Source of the DNA: a virus
Lineage: Duplodnaviria > Caudoviricetes
IMG/VR virus record: IMGVR_UViG_3300018031_000018
Coordinates: 1 to 24,579 of that record
Reading direction: 5' to 3' (one strand)
Length of the DNA stretch: 24,579 bases
Both the position numbers and the translations under genes were made by a program. The notes under the pieces are model-generated. The model did not search any database. It had not been told where the DNA came from and saw nothing but the letters and a program-made list of their open reading frames with translations. How positions within the stretch are numbered: position 1 is the stretch's first letter; each line of letters opens with the position of its first letter. Below, piece after piece: positions 22,292 through 24,579 of the stretch.

Positions 22292-22804
22292 TTATGTCGA
22301 ATTCCTTATACAGTACCCCAACATCGAGAGGTGCTGCTTGAACCTATCATGGTTCCCATTAAAGAGATATAGCATCGATCCGTACGGATTCGATCCCCGC
22401 GGCATCCCATCTGGCCCAAGGAACCGGATTCTCCTCAGCACGAAGCAGATCGAGGTCAGGGCCGGAGTGAATATGCAGCTCTGGAAATATGCCTGCTCGA
22501 ACCGTTGGCCAGGTAGGAGGGCGATAACGTGGGCACCCCGGGCAGTCTCGACCCGAATCTTGTCGAGCCACGCCCGTAACTCCCGACCATAGGGCGGATT
22601 GACAAATATCCGCGCGGCGCAGGGTATCTGCCAGTCCTTCTCCAGGCCGCTGTTTTCCTTCGTCCAGAAAATCGCAGCTCTAGTAGGATTATGTGCGAGA
22701 GAGGCGGGATCTATATCGATCTGACCGCCGAAATAGGCACGTACCGGCTCCAGCACCCGCTCAGGCGTGTAATACTCCGTGTCTTGACATTCCTTATCGA
22801 TCAT
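22292..22804 (-). CDS. Phage DNA N6-adenine methyltransferase (Dam-like phage family)
   Basis: 170 aa, YYTP...IDIDPAS...GLEKDW...FVNPPYG...RRIRF. Confidence 0.82.
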   Translation of the reverse strand: MIDKECQDTEYYTPERVLEPVRAYFGGQIDIDPASLAHNPTRAAIFWTKENSGLEKDWQIPCAARIFVNPPYGRELRAWLDKIRVETARGAHVIALLPGQRFEQAYFQSCIFTPALTSICFVLRRIRFLGPDGMPRGSNPYGSMLYLFNGNHDRFKQHLSMLGYCIRNST

Positions 22805-23184
22805 GTCGATGGACCCTCGTTCTTGGGCCTGAAACTCGGCTTGGAACCACTGTAGCCGCCCTTTCCGGCCGGGTTCCTAACCGTCTTCAGGAATGCCGAT
22901 GGTACGCGCCTCTCGTCTGGGTGAAATAAGACGATCCCGTCGTAATCCCCATCCAACGTCAGAGGAGCTGATAACGTGCCTCCGACCCTGACCACTTGTC
23001 TCGCCCACCACTTCCTGGCCGCCTGTGCCGCCCTCGGCGTTCGGCGCTCGTAATAAATCCCCAGGAGATCCTGACCGACGAAAAATAAGTGGTCCCGGCG
23101 TAGCCCAGCCCGAATGCACGTCGCGATCGAAAGGCCATCCTCATGCTGCAACAACCTCAGGCCCGGGATCAATTGGAAGTTCAT
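22801..23184 (-). CDS. Hypothetical protein
   Basis: Start moved to MNFQLIPG (ATG 23184). ATGA overlaps at both ends; 127 aa. Confidence 0.55.
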   Translation of the reverse strand: MNFQLIPGLRLLQHEDGLSIATCIRAGLRRDHLFFVGQDLLGIYYERRTPRAAQAARKWWARQVVRVGGTLSAPLTLDGDYDGIVLFHPDERRVPSAFLKTVRNPAGKGGYSGSKPSFRPKNEGPST

Positions 23185-24579
23185 GTTAGTACTTCTGGGG
23201 GCTCCGTAGACCCGGTCCGCCAGTTGTTCGCCTTTTCCACGGTGTTGCATTCTTGAGGGACACCTTCGACATGATACGTACCCGTCGAGGGGTTTACCAT
23301 TTTCAGATAGGGGCGGCGCCGCCCGTCACTCAAATCGAGGGTAAGCAGCTCGTAGTCGCCCCGGCGGTCCAATACCTGAGCTTTAAGCTGGGAACAAACG
23401 CGCTCTATCCCCACTTTACGGACGATTTCTCGCCTGACTTCTGCGTTTTTTTCCCGGAGGATTATCGACGAGTCGATTTTTTCGGCGGGAGTTTCAACTA
23501 TGAAGCGCGGCACTTGGACCCCATTTAACATATAGAGTCCCCACCCGTCTGGCCATTCTATCGCCTTTCTCCCGTCTGCATGAAGCTGTCCGCGCGAATT
23601 ACGTAGAATGGTTGTCGGGTGCTCTGAAACCATGACGAAGTTTACATTTGACCACCAGTAGCCCGCTGAACAAACGGTATCTTCGTAAGCTCGCGCCTGG
23701 AGTAGAAGCTCTGGATCTAATGTAAGATCACAAGCGTCGAGGAAAAAATTAACCCAGGCGGCCCAAGACGCCCAAAATTGACCCCCTAACCAAAAATGCC
23801 AATCTAACTTAAAAGATTTCGGGTTGACTGCCGAGCCGATTATCGAGTAGACTGCCGAGTTGACTGCCGAGTCGACTGCCAAGAGGACTTCCAAGTCGAC
23901 TGCCGAGCGGACTTCCGAGTCGACTGCTGAGTCGACTGTCGAGTCGACTGCCAAGCCGACTGCCGAGTTGACTGCCGAGTAGATTGCCGAGTCGACTGCC
24001 GAGCGGACTTCCGAATCGACTGCCGAATCGACTGCCGAGTTGACTGCCGAGTTGACTGCTGAGCGAACTGCTAAGCGGACTGCTGAGTCAATTGCCGAGT
24101 CGACTGCCGAGTCGACTGCCGAGTCGACTGCCAAGAGGACTTCCGAGCCGACTGCCGAGCGGGCTGCCGAGTTGACTGCCGAGCTGACTGCCGAGTTGAC
24201 TTCCGAGCTGACTGCCGAGTAGACTGCCGAGTCAATTGCCGAGTCGACTGCCGAGTCGACTGCCGAGAGGACTTCCGAGTTGACTGCCGAGCCGATTGTC
24301 GATTGTATCTTCGTGCTACTAACTCGTAAGCTCTTCTTTTGATAAGACTTAATAATAGCACGACTAATTGACGCGGCAATCGCGCCAACGAGTGGAGACG
24401 AAACCCAAATTGGGTTGCCAGGCCATTTAAATTTCGCTGTTTTGTAACACTGGCGGGCGCCGCGCTCCCACCGCTCGTGATCGGCTGGCCCGGTTCTTAA
24501 GCCGATCTCTATCCAGCGTTTTTTCCACTCAGGGAGGAGGGCTTTCTGTTTTGCGGTTAGCCGACTAATCTTGGACGGC
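23181..24579 (-). CDS. DUF6745-like protein with central tetrapeptide repeat (5' end at or just beyond the window edge)
   Basis: Frame is open from 24578 (PSKISRLTAKQKALLPEWKKRWIEIGLRTGPAD...WVSSP), through SAVx repeats, to GQLHADGRKAIEWPDGWGLYMLNGVQVP...NAEVRRE...PSTG..H...VP. At least 465 aa, longer than the ORF track call. Confidence 0.8.
   Translation of the reverse strand, partial: PSKISRLTAKQKALLPEWKKRWIEIGLRTGPADHERWERGARQCYKTAKFKWPGNPIWVSSPLVGAIAASISRAIIKSYQKKSLRVSSTKIQSTIGSAVNSEVLSAVDSAVDSAIDSAVYSAVSSEVNSAVSSAVNSAARSAVGSEVLLAVDSAVDSAVDSAIDSAVRLAVRSAVNSAVNSAVDSAVDSEVRSAVDSAIYSAVNSAVGLAVDSTVDSAVDSEVRSAVDLEVLLAVDSAVNSAVYSIIGSAVNPKSFKLDWHFWLGGQFWASWAAWVNFFLDACDLTLDPELLLQARAYEDTVCSAGYWWSNVNFVMVSEHPTTILRNSRGQLHADGRKAIEWPDGWGLYMLNGVQVPRFIVETPAEKIDSSIILREKNAEVRREIVRKVGIERVCSQLKAQVLDRRGDYELLTLDLSDGRRRPYLKMVNPSTGTYHVEGVPQECNTVEKANNWRTGSTEPPEVLT
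23822..24297. repeat. Degenerate 12-nt coding tandem repeat (about 39 units)
   Basis: Consensus GAGTCGACTGCC on the plus strand; encodes S-A-V-x on the minus strand. Confidence 0.9.

Noticed and set aside
23822-24297. Possible diversity-generating retroelement target (variable codons all derivable from AAC)
   Set aside because: Non-adenine positions also vary (TCG/TTG, GCA/GAA), and there is no template repeat or reverse transcriptase in the window. Tandem-repeat drift is sufficient.
24040-24388. ORFs 24040-24222 (+) and 24071-24388 (-)
   Set aside because: Alternative readings of the 12-nt repeat inside the DUF6745-like gene.

Overview
This is a high-GC tailed-phage (siphovirus-like, phage or prophage) segment. 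Nearly all genes are on the minus strand and read right to left. The order is: a truncated DUF6745-like repeat protein, two orphan DNA methyltransferases, small early ORFs behind duplicated sigma54-type promoters, terminase small subunit, a ~6.5 kb insert of fibre/filament-like genes, terminase large subunit, portal, a MuF-type minor head protein carrying an intein, scaffold, major capsid, putative decoration protein, head-tail adaptor and stopper, tail terminator and major tail tube. The standout feature is the 291-aa intein (7936-8808) in the minor head gene. It has no LAGLIDADG or HNH domain in its own frame. The opposite strand, in codon-aligned register and wholly inside the intein, encodes an HTH + Vsr/DUF559-like endonuclease with its own extended -10, GGAGGT RBS and GTG start, all formed by the antisense of intein blocks F and G. 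This looks like an intein with an antisense-encoded homing endonuclease. All family assignments come from motif recognition and gene order; no searches were run.
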